Of a stretch of DNA of 64,000 bases, positions 1-13,783 are shown one piece after another (the stretch's first letter is position 1; each line of letters starts with the position of its first letter). The position numbers and the translations under genes are program-made. The stretch spans positions 212,846,001-212,910,000 of the forward strand of contig OX597814.1 of assembly GCA_951406725.2 (NCBI GenBank), in the 5' to 3' direction. The notes beneath the pieces were generated by a model, which saw only the letters and a list, made by a program, of their open reading frames with translations, was not told where the DNA came from and did not search any database. The DNA comes from Octopus vulgaris (lineage: Eukaryota).

Positions 1-285
1 TCTGTCTGTCTCGTTGGCTGGCTTGGTGGTTGGCTGGCTGACTGTCTTCAATGCCAGAGTTCTTGCCTGTCAAATAATACTTTCATATTTGGTTAACAAT
101 AGAGCCGAGGTGAGGTTTGTGTGTGTGTGTGTAGATAGATAGATAGAATATCAGCACTATTACTATCTTTTTTTTTTTTTTTTTGTGGGGTCAAAAAAAG
201 TTCAGATGTTTACTACTATTAACCTTAAGAAAAATTAAGGAAGGGCTGTTCTGTATTGTTTGTGAATAGAGAAGTTGTGTTCGAA

Positions 286-324
<39 letters not shown>

Positions 325-399
325 GTTGTTGTTGTTGTTGTTGTTGTTATAGTTGTTGTTGCTGTTGCTATTGTTATTAGTATTGATATTACTGTTGAA

Positions 400-1150
400 A
401 AGGCGGCCGAGCTGTCAGAATCGTTAGCAAGCTAGACGAAAAGTTTTGCGGCATGTCGCCCGTCATTACGTTCTGAATTCAAATTCCGCCGAAGTACCAG
501 TAAAATACTGGAGTCGATGTAATGATTTATTCCCCCCTTACCCCACCAAGCTGACCCTGTCGCAAAAATTTGAAATTATTATTATTATTGTTGTTGTTAC
601 TATTGAAAAGGCGGCGGGCGAAATCCATAGCTTTATTTAGCCTGGAGCTACGTCCTGAGTTCAAATTCCGCCGAGATCGACTTTGCCTTTCAGCTCTGCC
701 TTTCAACCCTAAATTAAATACCAGTGAAACACTGGAGTCGACATAATCGACCCCGAAATTTCAGGCTTTGTGCCTTTTGTAAAAGGGATTGTTATTATTA
801 CGGAAGTCATCCAGATGGAAGAGTCGTTACCACTCCGGACAAAATTCTTAACAGCATTTCGTCTGTCTTTACGTTCTGATGTCAAATTTCATCCTATAGG
901 GGTCTATAAGATAAATATAAAGAATTATTATTATTATTATTGTAGCTGAATCTTTAGCAAGCCAGACAAAATGCTTAGAGGTATTTCTTCTGACCTTATG
1001 CTGCGAGTTCAAATTTCACCGAGGTCGAGTTCACTATTCATCCTTTCGACGTATTTAAAATATAGTGCCAATCACATACCAGGATCGATCTAATCGACTT
1101 CCACCAATTCCCAAAAACTACTGGCCCTGTATCAAAATGTGAAACTATTT
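400..1150 (+). mobile_element. Cluster of ~4 degenerate tRNA-derived SINE copies (family A) separated by (TTA)n tails
   Basis: Repeated degenerate matches to the intact copy at 1430 (ggcggcgagctggcagaa..gttagc..gttcaaattccgccgaggtcgactttgcc..aagtaccag..ctggggtcga) starting near 402, 610, 810 and 943. Confidence 0.75.
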
Positions 1151-1427
1151 TTATTATATATGGGGCACTGTTTTTTAACTTCGAATATTCAATGAAGGCT
1201 TAGTCTCCCCTTTCATGAGCAGTGGGTTTTATTCGCTAGAATTGATAAGTGGCAATCTCCGAATCAGATTTTAATCAATCGGTTTTATCCGTCAAGAATG
1301 CACCCATTCATAAATTTTGATTGTTTAGCGTTAGACTACATGCTGCGAAAATTATAGGTATTGAAGTGTTTCCTGTTCGAATTTTGACATAGAAAGGCCG
1401 TATTAGTACATGGTATTGTTGATAAAT

Positions 1428-1659
1428 AGGGCGGCGAGCTGGCAGAAACGTTAGCATGCCGGGCGAAATGCTTAGCGGTATTTCGTCTGCGTTACGTTGT
1501 GAGGTCAAATTCCGCCGAGGTCGACTTTGCCTTTCATCCTTTCGGGGTCGATAAATTAAGTACCAGTTACGCACTGGGGTCGATGCAATCGACTTAATAC
1601 CTATGTCTGTCCTTGTTTGTCCGCTCTGTGTTTAGCTCCTTGTGGGTAATAAAGAAATA
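1428..1659 (+). mobile_element. Full-length tRNA-derived SINE (family A) with 16-bp TSD
   Basis: tRNA-like head with A/B-box-like motifs, central gactttgcctttcatcctttcggggtcgataaattaagtaccag block, and tail ccttgtgggtaataaagaaata. Flanked by the exact direct repeat ggtattgttgataaat at 1412-1427 and 1660-1675. Confidence 0.9.
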
Positions 1660-1719
1660 GGTATTGTTGATAAATTTGAAGGTGCGAGGCATTATAAGTC
1701 GACGTATTTTACAACATAA

Positions 1720-1945
1720 ACGAGGTTTACTAAATAGTGATAAGGCCAAGCTTTAACGGCAGAGAATCAATGGAATTTCAGGACATCATCTGGGAAACAT
1801 ATCCTTCTGGAGCGGCAGAATCGGTAGCTGGCGGAATGCTCTAGAACAAGGCTGGAACAAAATCGGAAGGAAAGTTGTAACTTTCACTTAAGAAATGAAT
1901 TGCAAGAAAGCTGTAACTGAAGAGAGGACAGCAAAGTTGCATGCT
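1720..1945 (+). mobile_element. Possible highly decayed RTE-type LINE 3' coding fragment
   Basis: Frame pieces ..IWET.. and GSWRNALEQGWNKIG resemble the RTE C-terminal WE..A.DR..WR..L..G motif. Interrupted by stops. Confidence 0.35.
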
Positions 1946-2895
1946 CACTCTTTGTGATATATTGACTTTACAGAATTTTCTTCAGCATATACATGCACGT
2001 ACACACATTTCGTGTGCGTCTGTTTATGTGTTTGTGCTTGTAAAGAACAAACAAAGCAACATCAGTACGTTATGAATATTATAATTATCATTATAATTGT
2101 ATTAATTCGGCTGTAGCTGTATAGCGTTATTTAAATTTCGCATTAGCAGGCACGTTTAGATGATGGCTTGAAATATTTGTTATACCTTAAAAGTTAAGTA
2201 ACTGCATATGGCTTCAGCTGCACACACAATCAGACACAGTTATATACACTCGCATATATATATATACACACGCATACACATATATGTCTATACACATACA
2301 TACACCTATATGTCTATACACATACATACACCTATATGTATGCATGTATACAAATAAACACGCATATATGATATCATATGTGCAAAGAAAACTCATGTAT
2401 ATATTACAAATACATAATAGAGCATTCCAAAAAATAATTAGAGATAAGTTAAATGTAGTTATAATATAACCACTCATCTTTGTATTCGTTCGGCATCTGC
2501 TATCATCTTAAAAATACTTTATTATATTAAATTAATAGGATTATATGTATTCTAAATAACATTTATATACTTTCATAATATATTAATAAAATCTTTTTTG
2601 CGCAGCTATTTTTCTTTCTATCAGAAACAACATATCAAGAGATATCATTATGAGAAAACACATGAATTATTGGAATTGTAATTAGCTACAGCATAAGAGA
2701 TTCATTGTGCATTATATTCTAACAAACAAGCATATGTACACATTACATTGTACACCATGCATTCACAAACACATGCAGATGTCAAAGTGTTGTATACTGA
2801 AACAGATATAAACAGTCACATACACACGCGTGCTTGCGTTTGTATTAGTTTGATCCTTATTCTGTGAGTAGTGTATCTTCAACATAAATGTGAGT

Positions 2896-2928
<33 letters not shown>

Positions 2929-3801
2929 CAAACGAATATAGACACAATCTTCCCCTCACAATCCAAATATTAATTTGGACAATGCAACAGATATGAGGCT
3001 TCTTGATTTAGTAAATAAAAAATGATGCACTGATGCTTTATGCACACACATATACACACACACACACACATACAGGTATGTATATGTATATATGTGTGTG
3101 GGTGAATGTGAGTGTGTGTGTATGTGTCTCATCATATATATGCATACATATATATGTATATATATATATGCGTATATATTTACCTCATTATATATATTGT
3201 TTATTACAAGTGTGTATGTATATGTATATATATATATATATATACATACGTTCATTACATACCTTCTGTATACCTGCATACATACATATATACATACATA
3301 TCTTGATATATTTCAATATTTTAGGCTATTATACCATATGCAATTAACTTCTCTACAAAAACAAATATCATAACTCTTTGTTCTCAACTGTTTTCAATTT
3401 GATGTTTGTAGTATATTTCATAAGCGTATGTACGAAGCTCCAGAAAAATATTCTGTTGAATAGAATCTTTAATCGTTTAGGATAAATTGCTTCGAGAAAT
3501 TTAAGTATCGAGCAAAATCAATTGTATTTATTCATATATGTGAGCGTTGAGATGTACATCTATTCTTTCTTTGTAAAAGTCTGAGAACTGTTGAAATTCA
3601 CCTAAGAAACAGTCTCTTCTGCCCACGGACAGCTAAAAGCATTCTGTGGTGTAGCGAGTTTATTCAGCGAGAATAAGCTGTATAAGTACCTTGTTTTATA
3701 CTTCATAAACACAAAACCCTCTATAGCGTATTAATCAACACACACACACGCATACATACATACATACATGCATACACACACACACACACACACACGCACG
3801 C

Positions 3802-3886
<85 letters not shown>

Positions 3887-5018
3887 AATATACAAAGATT
3901 GATAGACATATATGCATACATACGCATACAAATAGACATACACACGCGCTCACATAGTGCGCGCTCACTCACATAGTGCGCGCTCACTCACATACAGATA
4001 CATTGAAGCACATATTTATGCTTGTTTTTGTTAGTTTGTTTGTAAACGCATTCGTGCATGCAGGTGGATGAGGATGTAAAGGAGAGAGAAAGAGAAAGAG
4101 AAAGTATGTGAGCTAATGAGCTCAGCAGTAGACGGACAGAATAGAAATTAAGAACAGCTATCAAAGTACTGTTTTCTGCCATTGATTGGAACTGACGTGT
4201 GTTCAATCATGTTGGACTGATGACAAAGTAGTGCTCTGCATGACCTGAGTATGGGAAATAAAGCCAATAACTATATACAAATGGAATGTTGCATTAATCC
4301 ATGGAGAGTATAGGCAAATACAATTGAGGCTTTCAACATTCCTTTCATTCTGTCGTGACTGACTAAATTCGGTCAAATTTATGCTTCTTACAGCTGAAAA
4401 CGTAACTGAAGTATCGAGTGAATATAATAGAATCTATAGCTCGTTTCAAAGCAGATGAAAAAATTAAAGGAAAAATTAATGTGATCGTGGACGAAAATTG
4501 GAGAGAGTGAATGAAAATATGGTCAATATATATATATCACCCTTATACGATTTTTAGTGCCTGTGAAAAAACAATTATGTTGGTTATTTTCACAGAGTTT
4601 TGCGTTCATATACTTGGCTCTCTTTGGTACATGTTAAACTCGAGTTTAGAATTATTTAAACAATGTCATTACATTGTTAATCAGTGTTTTGCTGCATTGC
4701 TTTTCTTAAGAAATGTATATTCACTTGTAGCACTTTCATTTGGTTTACACTTACACACAATACACTACGTCGTTCATTTTTCGTCTACACTGCTTATGAT
4801 TAAGCTAATAAAAGCCGTATAACGGAGTTATATAAATACTAGCTGTAGATCGTTAAGCTTCATGAAATAGCTTTGCATATTAAGCCAAAAATATACTGTA
4901 GCTGTTTCAAAGCCGAGCCAAAATACAAAGTAATGTAGATAAAGTGTTCGGTGTATGTACTTGGTTCATGTTTAATAGATTGATTGAATTGCTGTGAGTA
5001 AATATGTATATATCTATA

Positions 5019-5158
<140 letters not shown>

Positions 5159-5504
5159 ATAGACTGATTGAATTGTTGTGAGTAGATAAATAAGACCTAA
5201 CAATAATCAAGTTAATGATATTGCATAAGGTCAGCTATTATCGATTATAACTAAAATCGCAGCTGACGTTTTGCCGACTTCAGGTATAAATTTATTTAGT
5301 GATACAATATTATATGTAGCATTCGCTTTTTTAAAAGGATTTTTTAAAACGTTCGGAAATGATTTGGAAGAGTCTTGGTTAATATTTCTAGCGGTTCGAC
5401 ACACCATATACAAACTTTCCTTCGCTGAGATTGTTAATTAATTGAAATGAGATCGTAACCTACTCTAGAAAAAGCGACATCATGCCACATAGATTCTTGA
5501 GTAA

Positions 5505-5815
5505 TCTATATATCTAAAACTAAGAATGCGCATCTGTCTGTCTGTCTGTTTACATCACTAAAACTCTAGAAGTACATTACCGATCTCATTCACATTTTAC
5601 ATATGCCTCACTGAGGGTCCATGCAGTGTCTGGGCCCAAAAAGGTTCAACTTCTTGCCTAATGCTAGCCGAAACAATCTCTTATATCTTACACTATTTGC
5701 AGCATTATGTGTCAAAAGTGAAACAATAACACCCCTATTGTAATGTGAGATAATAATATTAATGCTTTCAATTTAATAATTTCACTATCAAAACAGAATC
5801 TATTATCTGATATAT
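5505..5815 (+). mobile_element. 5' part of a non-autonomous Helitron
   Basis: Begins a|TCTATATATCTAAAA followed by (ctgt)n and accgatctcattcacatttt, the same 5' layout as the complete element at 24956-25395. No 3' end seen; a SINE follows. Confidence 0.55.
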
Positions 5816-5821
5816 ATACAC

Positions 5822-6221
5822 TTTATCCTTTTACTTGTTTCAGTCATTTGACTGCGGCCATGCTAGAGCAACGCCTTTAGTCGAGCAAATCGACCCCGGC
5901 ACTTATTCTTTGTAAGCCCAGTACTTATTCTATCGGTCTCTTTTGCCGAACCGCTAAGTGACGGGGACGTAAACACACCAGCATCGGTTGTCAAGCAATG
6001 CTAGGGGGACAAACACAGACACACAAACACATACATACATATATATACATATACATATATACGACAGGCTTCTTTCAGTTTCCGTCTACCAAATCCACTC
6101 ACAAGGCATTGGTCGGCCCGGGGCTATAGAAGAAGACACTTGCCCAAAATGCCACGCAGTGGGACTGAACCCGGAACCATGTGGTTGGTTAGCAAGCAAC
6201 TTACCACACAGCTACTCCTGC

Positions 6222-6224
<3 letters not shown>
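5822..6224 (-). mobile_element. Full-length tRNA-derived CORE-type SINE (family B)
   Basis: Minus strand reads ggcgcaggagtagctgtgtggtaag..ggttcagtccc (A/B boxes), then CORE-like ttgggcaagtgtctt, an internal microsatellite and tail gcatggccgcagtcaaatgactgaaacaag. Near-identical copy at 42387-42795. Confidence 0.9.
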
Positions 6225-6269
<45 letters not shown>

Positions 6270-6272
<3 letters not shown>

Positions 6273-6778
6273 TTGAAATTTACACCTACACCATTGGAAA
6301 TTGTGCATCTATACAAAGGATTAACTCACCCTCTCTGTAATGCTAATAAGCAGGAATTGAAACCCACCTCGTTATAATTGACAATGGATAAATTTGCTTT
6401 CTGTGAGTATGTAACCCCTCATCATATCTCTGGAAATTCATATGTGCACTGTGGATCGGGTCACCTTCTCTGTGATGCTATTAAGACTTTTTGAAATTCT
6501 GTGATGCTATTAAGACTTTTTGAAATTCTGTAATAAGACTGTAAATCATCTTTAAGGAACTTTAATGAACTTTTGAAATCTGTTTATGTTATTTAATTAT
6601 CTACATTACTTCATGAGTATAGCCTCAACCACTAGGATGTCTAGAGAACTCACATGTATTTTAGCTGATGAGTACGGGACATGTTTATATGCTGTAATTT
6701 TTGCAACTTTTATAAAACCTGTCCTTGTATGAAACGATCGTACTAAAAACCTATCCATTCTTGTTGCTTCATTCTCGC

Positions 6779-6780
<2 letters not shown>
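6270..6780 (+). mobile_element. Penelope-like element 3' terminal repeat fragment
   Basis: Peptide end ..KQELKPTSL* resembles the PLE GIY-YIG C-terminus (ELKP.LN). Followed by a 3' UTR with a ~30-bp tandem duplication and a hammerhead motif. Flanked on both sides by (TA)n. Confidence 0.6.
6659..6748 (+). ncRNA. Type I hammerhead ribozyme motif
   Basis: Stem I ttttag/ctaaaa; core CTGATGA (6665-6671); stem II gtacgggaca/tgtccttgtat with a G-U closing pair and one bulge; GAAA (6731-6734); palindromic stem III ACGATCGT; GUA cleavage triplet. Confidence 0.8.
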
Positions 6781-6844
<64 letters not shown>

Positions 6845-6925
6845 GTGTATTTGTAGATTTTTATGTATATATAAATGTATATGTATGTATATATATATAT
6901 GTGTGTAAATATATATGTATGCATG

Positions 6926-6963
<38 letters not shown>

Positions 6964-9483
6964 TATATACATACATACATATATATTTACACATATATAT
7001 ATATACATATATGTATATATATGTATATATACATACATACATATATATATATATATACATTTATATGTATATATATATTTATTTCTATTAAATTATCAAG
7101 TATGAAATTTTAGCCAGGTATATGTTAAAAGTTGGTATCTGCTCATTTTGCGCCATTACTATCGACAATCTTTATCTTTTGTTAGATAGCTGACCCATAT
7201 ATTTCTTTATTCTAACTTATTTTGCTCTGTATAAAGTATTTATAAATAAGCATAATTAAATTATGCCTATTTATAAATAGTTTTTTACCTATTTATGTTT
7301 AGAGACTAGCTTAAGGTGATCTGCTCTACGCGCAGGTGAGGGTGTGGTTGTTACTTTCTGTTGCTTCCTTTCTCTTTCTTAAATCTTGCCTTAATTTTCA
7401 AAATTTCCAACCCATTTTCCGCGCTTGAATTAGAAATCCGTTTCCACTTTACCATGTTGAAAATTTGATTGAAATCGTGCAAAAGTTGTCCAGTCTAGAT
7501 CCTCAAGTGTCCCCGCTTTTACCGCCAAGCAACCACTGTAGCGCCCCAAATCGAGGAAGACAGGCTGATATCCGAAAGACAGAAACGACAAACACTTGTC
7601 AAAGTCTGGGTTTTGTTGCCCTTGTAACCACCGCTTTTGAGATAGGGGTTTCTAACCTAGTCCGGTCGCTTCCTCGCCTCTTTTCACATGTTCTGTCTAA
7701 CGAAAAGATGTTATTAGTAGGCTTAAAATGTTGTGGATGCCAGGAATAGCGTACCTTCAATATGTTAGTCCAGCTGTTTTCGAGTCGTGTTGCAGTTCGT
7801 CAAAAAGGGAATGATTTCTGAGGTGCTTAATATGGAGAATGTTTTTCTCTTCATTTTTTAGCTCTAGGTTTCTTTAGTTATTTCTCTTGCTTTTGTTTAG
7901 CAAGTGCTGTCTGAGAGCTACTATTCGATATCCGAAGGCTGTCGGCATTGATACAGAATATGTACTGTCTTCGTCTTTTCTGAGATAGAGCTTGTCGATA
8001 TAAGTGTCTATGGAAGGTTACAGTTGAATTCCAGACCATGTAGATTTTAGTGTTTCTTTTCTGAATTTCCTCTACAGACCAGCCTAGTATCTGTAGAGCT
8101 ACTGCAAATACATTGTGGGATATTGTCTCGCTGTAAAAAGAAAGCTCCGGCCACCATACTTTTGTAAGTTTGATATGATATTTTGAAAGCACAGTATCTT
8201 TTCTCAATGCACCTTCGTATATATTTTCAACAAGCCCTTGGTATTTATTGCATTATTTGTGTGGAACAGGAGATATAGAAATGCCGCTGATGTACAAGTT
8301 CTGGGTTTGGGAGACTAATTCTTCACGTTCAACCATCAAATACGAACACTTCTATTTGGCTGAATTCCATTACTATATCAGCTAAAATTATTACTACTAC
8401 CAACTGATTTACAGTTTTGTAAACAATTTGAGCCTAGCTCTTTTGGCCATACGTACGTATGTATGTAGGTTTGTATGTATGTATGTATTTATCTATGTAT
8501 GTATGTTTGTATGTATGTATGTATGAATGTATAAATGTATGTATGTGTGTGTATGTATGCATCTACGTATATTTAAGTTTGTTTGCATGTATATAAGGAG
8601 AATCGGGAGCATTATATGCATTAATTTTTGCCTTTTAATTAAATGATTGTGCAATGTTTTATATTTCTAACAAATTGTCTGATTTGTGGAGAAGGCTGTG
8701 AAATATTATACCGCAGAGAAATTTGAAGGACGGACAGCCTAAGCTATTCGGCATCATAGAGAGCCCTCATCCAAGCGAAACATTTTATTGTGCGCTGTTA
8801 GAGTGTGAGATATGGATAATTGAACATTTGAATGAACAAATTTTACAATTCGATGGTAACAGTGTTTTCAGTAACATACGTGTTGTTTTATCTATGATTT
8901 TATTCAGTAGTAGTGGGAGTGACAACTATTATGATTTGATGAAAATCTATAAACTTGGCATATGAATATATCGAAATGTCAGTATGTAACTCTATGTATC
9001 CATACATATGTAGGTTTTTATGTATAGATCTACTTATGCATAAATATTAATGTGTATGTGTCTGTGTGCGCATGTACGCGCCCGTGTCTATGTGTGAATG
9101 TATGCATATAAATGTATGATTACTTGTTGTTGTGCGAATGTGTGTTTGTTTGTGCCTGATCTTCCGTGAAACATCAATACTGTCTTGTCATAGATGTTTA
9201 ATCAGTGTTCGAGGCTATAAAAGAAAATTTAAAATGTGTCATTCTCTCATGAATTATTAAAACAATCCGGAGTGGCTGAGTGAGAAAAACAGTGCAACAA
9301 TTTCGATAGAAAAGTTTCAGTAGTCATATCACAATTGGGTCACCTATTAATATTCGAGATTTTCTCAAGTGTGAGGCTAAAAACAAAAACAAAAAAAAAA
9401 AACAAAACAAATGAAAGTAAAACGATGATAAGAAATATGGTAGACCGTTTCTTTAACTTCAACGTTAAATTATAATGTTTTAA

Positions 9484-9950
9484 AGCAGCGAAATAACAGA
9501 ACCATTACCACGCATACCACGGTATTTATAGCTGTTCTTTATGTCCTCAATTCACATGCCACCGAGGTTGATTTTAGCTTTCGTCTTTTCGCAGACTATA
9601 AACGAAGAATCAGTCAAGCACTGAAGTCGATATAATTGACTAAATTCATCCAACTCCCCCCACCCAAATCCAGGCCTTGTTCCTCGAGTAGAAAAAATGT
9701 TGTCGAACAAATTATTATTATTATCATTATTACTATTATTAATGCAGCGAGCTGGCAGAACCGTTAGCGCGCTGGACGAAATGCTTAGCGTTATTTCACC
9801 CGTCGCTATGTCCTGAGTTCAAATTTCACCGATTTCGGCTTTGCTTTTCATCACTTCGGGGTCGATAAATTAAGTACCGGTGTAGCACTGAATTCGATGT
9901 AATTGACAATTCTGCGCCCACAAATTTCAGTCCTTGTGCCTATAGTAGAA

Positions 9951-9960
<10 letters not shown>
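9484..9960 (+). mobile_element. Two family A SINE copies (9484-9700 degenerate; 9744-9955)
   Basis: gcagcgagctggcagaaccgttagc..gagttcaaatttcacc..cttcggggtcgataaattaagtacc..ccttgtgcc, followed by (TTA)n. Confidence 0.8.
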
Positions 9961-9989
<29 letters not shown>

Positions 9990-10487
9990 GGGTGAGAGAG
10001 CAGTTCATGCCATCAAAGTGACACTGGGGTAAAATATACGAAGCCCAATATACCCATCATGACTACCCGTCTGATAAGGGTACACCAGGCACATGCATCA
10101 CAACCATATGTGCGCCACATGGTGATCTCTTATCAAGATAAACAGCACATGACCTTGCAGGTGGGGCCCAGTTAGAATTTTCTTCAGGTTGAGTAGCCCA
10201 TCCCGCTCAAAAGGTCCCTGAATAAGGTTTGTTTAAGGATGTAGAAAGAACCACCCATGTTTCCAGAGGTGAATTATTCAAACCCCAAAGAATCCCTCTC
10301 AACACATGGCTATGATGCTCCCCCACTACTTCTGCTCGTGATCAGAGATGCATATATCGTCAGCCACCAAGTGACATGCTCAACTGGTTAAGGTCAAACA
10401 ACTGACAAGCAAATCTGTGGTATTGAGCAGAATATTTGCTGTAGCCCATCTTTTGTACCAAGACAAAACTATGTACATGATAACACT

Positions 10488-10489
<2 letters not shown>
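9990..10489. mobile_element. Unclassified ~500-bp insert splitting a (TTA)n tract, possibly a LINE 3' UTR
   Basis: Higher-complexity, more GC-rich block bounded precisely by (TTA)n on both sides. No ORF motif recognised. Confidence 0.45.
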
Positions 10490-10534
<45 letters not shown>

Positions 10535-11100
10535 CACACGCAACAGATTAGACTGTTGGAAAATAAGGATTCCTAACGTCGGGCTACAAGTAACCTTAGA
10601 TGTCAAGAACCCTCCTAAGTATCCAAGCTCTTCCTAATAACACTAATTTCTGGAACTGTACTAACCTGGGTTTTATGCCTATTTCCTCTATCCATCTGTT
10701 CAAAACTTTAGGGATATTTCTTAATGTACTTATAACTACAGTGATACATTTAACTAGCACTTTGCATAGTCTCTGTAATCCAATGGCTATGTCCTGGTAT
10801 TTTGCCATTTTTTATATACCTCTCTTATTAATGTTTTCATCATTTGGGATTGTTAAGATATTGATCTGGCACTTTCTATTCTTTTTGTCTACTACTACTA
10901 CTAAATCAGGCGTTCTAGCTCGTACTATTCTGTCAGTCTGAAGGTTAAATTCCCACAACATCTTTTATTTCGTACTCTCTAGTATTTACTAGTTTCATGT
11001 CCATATCATTTATCAGTATGATCAAATCTTAGGTTTCTACATATATCCCAGTAGATTACTCTCCCTAGGTTGTCATGTCTTTTCTTGTACTTTTCTGTGC
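10535..11100 (-). mobile_element. R4/Dong-clade non-LTR retrotransposon 3' fragment (restriction-like endonuclease end)
   Basis: ORF 10596-10808 (AKYQDIAIGLQRLCKV..QKLVLLGRAWILRRVLDI) and upstream WEFNLQTD..ARTPDLVVVDK match the RLE domain. Ends in (TAA)n. Confidence 0.85.
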
Positions 11101-11149
11101 CAATAGTGCTATTTTTTGTATGTTATATATATTTCTAAGTCTTAATGTT

Positions 11150-11985
11150 TTTGTTATGTATTTGTCTGAATTTTTTTTAAATACCTAATGCGCCCGCTAT
11201 GATAGGAATTGTTTTTGTTTTTAGATTCCACATTCGAGTTACCTCTATTTCCAGGTCTTTGTATCTTGAAAGTTTCCCCATTTTTTTAGAGAAAAGTTGT
11301 CATCTGTTGGTATTAATATATAAATGAGAAAGCATTTTTTTATTCATGATCGTGACCATTATATCTGGCCTATTGGCCTTAATTTCTCTGTGTGTTTTGG
11401 CATATCCCGTAGAAGTGTTGCTTTCTCATTTTCTGGAATGTGCTTATACTACCTTTTTCTGTTGTTATCACATAGTGTTGGCATAGATTCCAGGGTATGT
11501 AGGTCACAACTCTGTTGTGTCTGTGAATATATTCCTTCTTAACCAGGACTGGGCAACCAGAGACAATATGATTTATTGTTTCTTGTACATCTCCACATAT
11601 TCTCTAATTATTTGTTATGTTTCTTTTCATTATATGTCTTTGGTAATTTCTGCTGGGGAGGCTTTGGTCCTGTGCTGCAATTAAAAATCTTTCAGTCTGT
11701 ACTTTGAGTCCTGAGCTTCTCAGCCATTGCTGCTATTATGCTTTGTCTATGTCTATTGCGTTTATTTTAGCCCAGTATTTGCCACGAAGGGGCTTTTCTT
11801 GCCATAGTGATCATGATCAGTTGCTGTTCTAGTTTTAGTTTGAATTTCAGTTGTTTTACAGTTTTTGTTGTTTCTTCTTTTTCTTCATAGTTGTTAGGTA
11901 GTATGAATTCTTGCTTGCATTTGTCAGCTTCCTTAAAGACTGAAAACATTCTTTTTTAATCCTGTTTTACGGCTATTTGTATTAG
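11150..11985 (-). mobile_element. R4/Dong-clade LINE fragment (post-RT, CCHC and RLE region)
   Basis: Minus-strand pieces QWLRSSGLKVQTE..LIAAQDQSLP, HIVSGCPVL, IKANRPDI and KYKDLEIEVTRMWNLKT.TIPIIAGALG, with frameshifts. Confidence 0.85.
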
Positions 11986-11996
11986 TCTTCGTTATA

Positions 11997-12042
<46 letters not shown>

Positions 12043-12047
<5 letters not shown>

Positions 12048-12210
12048 TAGTTTTATTTTTATTTTTATAGCGTGCTTTCACTTCATCTTTTTTCTGTTGT
12101 TATTCCATAATGTTGGCATAGCTTCCAATGTATGTAGGTTCCATAATGTTGGCATAGCTTCCAATGTATGTAGGTTCCATAATGTTGGCATAGCTTCCAA
12201 TGTATGTAGG

Positions 12211-12212
<2 letters not shown>
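12043..12212 (-). mobile_element. Internally deleted Dong-like mini-element with a 36-bp unit repeated three times
   Basis: 12043-12086 is the reverse complement of the Dong 3' terminus at 18175-18212. It is fused to sequence homologous to 11452-11503, with ttccataatgttggcatagcttccaatgtatgtagg x3 at 12103-12210. Confidence 0.7.
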
Positions 12213-12261
<49 letters not shown>

Positions 12262-12266
12262 CATCA

Positions 12267-12297
<31 letters not shown>

Positions 12298-12311
12298 CAT
12301 CATCATCATCA

Positions 12312-12360
<49 letters not shown>

Positions 12361-12390
12361 GTTGTTGTTGTTGTTGTTGTTGTTTTTGTT
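12213..12390. repeat. Compound (TTA)n/(TCA)n/(TTG)n microsatellite
   Basis: Directly visible; it explains the poly-I/Y/H ORFs. Confidence 0.97.
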
Positions 12391-12719
12391 TTTATCGCTG
12401 CTGCTGGTGTCGTTACACAATAAGAAATGTGACATAAGATTTATAATAAATGGAGACAGATACTGCTTACTGAATTGAACATTATTTCGACAGCGCAACT
12501 GCGTTCTTCGGGAGCAAAAGTGAAAAATGCAAAATATGCAGAATTGCAGAAATTCAAAATTTCACCCGAAATATCCTGCGTTCTTTTTTTAGACAAAAAG
12601 ATGTTGACTATTTTCCATAACTGGTAATAAAGAAAAACAGAATGAGAATAAAGAAGAAGAAAAAAAAAAACAGAGAAATCGTGATAAAGAATACAGTAAA
12701 AAAACGACGTTTCAGGAAT

Positions 12720-13150
12720 TGTGATGGAATTCTGCCATTTTGTTTACTTCTGCAGCTCCTGACGTTAGTAATTCACAAATATGTTTATTCTCACAGGTTT
12801 GAAGGCTAAAAGTACACTTTCAAGTATTCCTCAGGTTTACAGCTGTTTGATGTAGAATGTTAGGCTTTTTACGTAAATGTACCTAACGTCATATCTCTGC
12901 ACATTGAACCTTTTATTAAATTTTCGTTTTGTGCAACCAACACGTATAAACTTGATTTTAGTACATTCCGCAACGTACACCAAATAGAAATCCTTACAGG
13001 TCTCACCTTCTTTATAAATCATAACATTTTTGTTATACTTTGTGATGGATTTGACCTAGCTCATGTGGTTGCGCAATGAAGAGACCTTACCGCTGTTGCA
13101 GCTTTTTTCTTGGTAAACCGTTCGGAAACTCTAATGGAGTTTTTATTTGG
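12720..13150 (-). mobile_element. Penelope-like GIY-YIG endonuclease fragment
   Basis: ORF 12837-13022 TCKDFYLVYVAECTKIKFIRVGCTKRKFNKRFNVQRYD matches the PLE TC...NLVY...C..C...YVG.T.R.L..RF..HR motif. Downstream E.K.ICELLT resembles the PLE C-terminus. Confidence 0.7.
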
Positions 13151-13783
13151 AATAGAAGGCAACGATAAATAGTTTTATTGCATCTATTTACTACATATGT
13201 GGGAAATTCTGTGTGTGTGTGTTTTATCGATTTTGATGAAACTTAATACGCGAGTAGAACTTATGTTTACAAACCTCATGGCATACTCAGATTGTTGACA
13301 AAAATTGATAGTAGGGACCCTTCAAGTGATCCTTACATATATCTAATATATTTCATTTTAACACCCAAGAGAAATAATCAATTCTCCAAGATTTTAACAG
13401 CCAAGGGAAGTAACACATTCATTTTCCTAAATCATTTAATATAAATCAAATTAAGTATTCTTATTTCTTAGTGCTCGCAATTTATCCAGTACAACCCTTA
13501 AACAAGTAAATAGTATTTGCCTAATCAATAGATTCACTATACCAACACTAGCGCCACTGAGGGTAATATTCACTGGGAGCACACAAAAGCCCTTTTCAGA
13601 GTTATTTACCTTGAATTGTTATTTTCTCATATCTGATTAGCCTGTTATTACGTAATATGCTTCACGATTTTAGTATACATACCTTATTGGTATTTCCTCG
13701 TAAGTTCTATATACTCTAGGAACGCATTAAAGCCCTTTTCGGGACTACTTCATTTGAATTCTTACAATCGGGTAACTAACTTG

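Noticed and set aside
2214-3987. Numerous ORFs rich in YI/CV/HT/LSIY dipeptides, here and throughout the window
   Set aside because: Translations of TA, TG, CA and GATA microsatellites, not proteins.
7140-8400. Higher-complexity block with ORFs 7465-7749 and 7878-8207
   Set aside because: No motif I can recognise. Possibly a decayed retroelement ORF1, but unsupported without a search.
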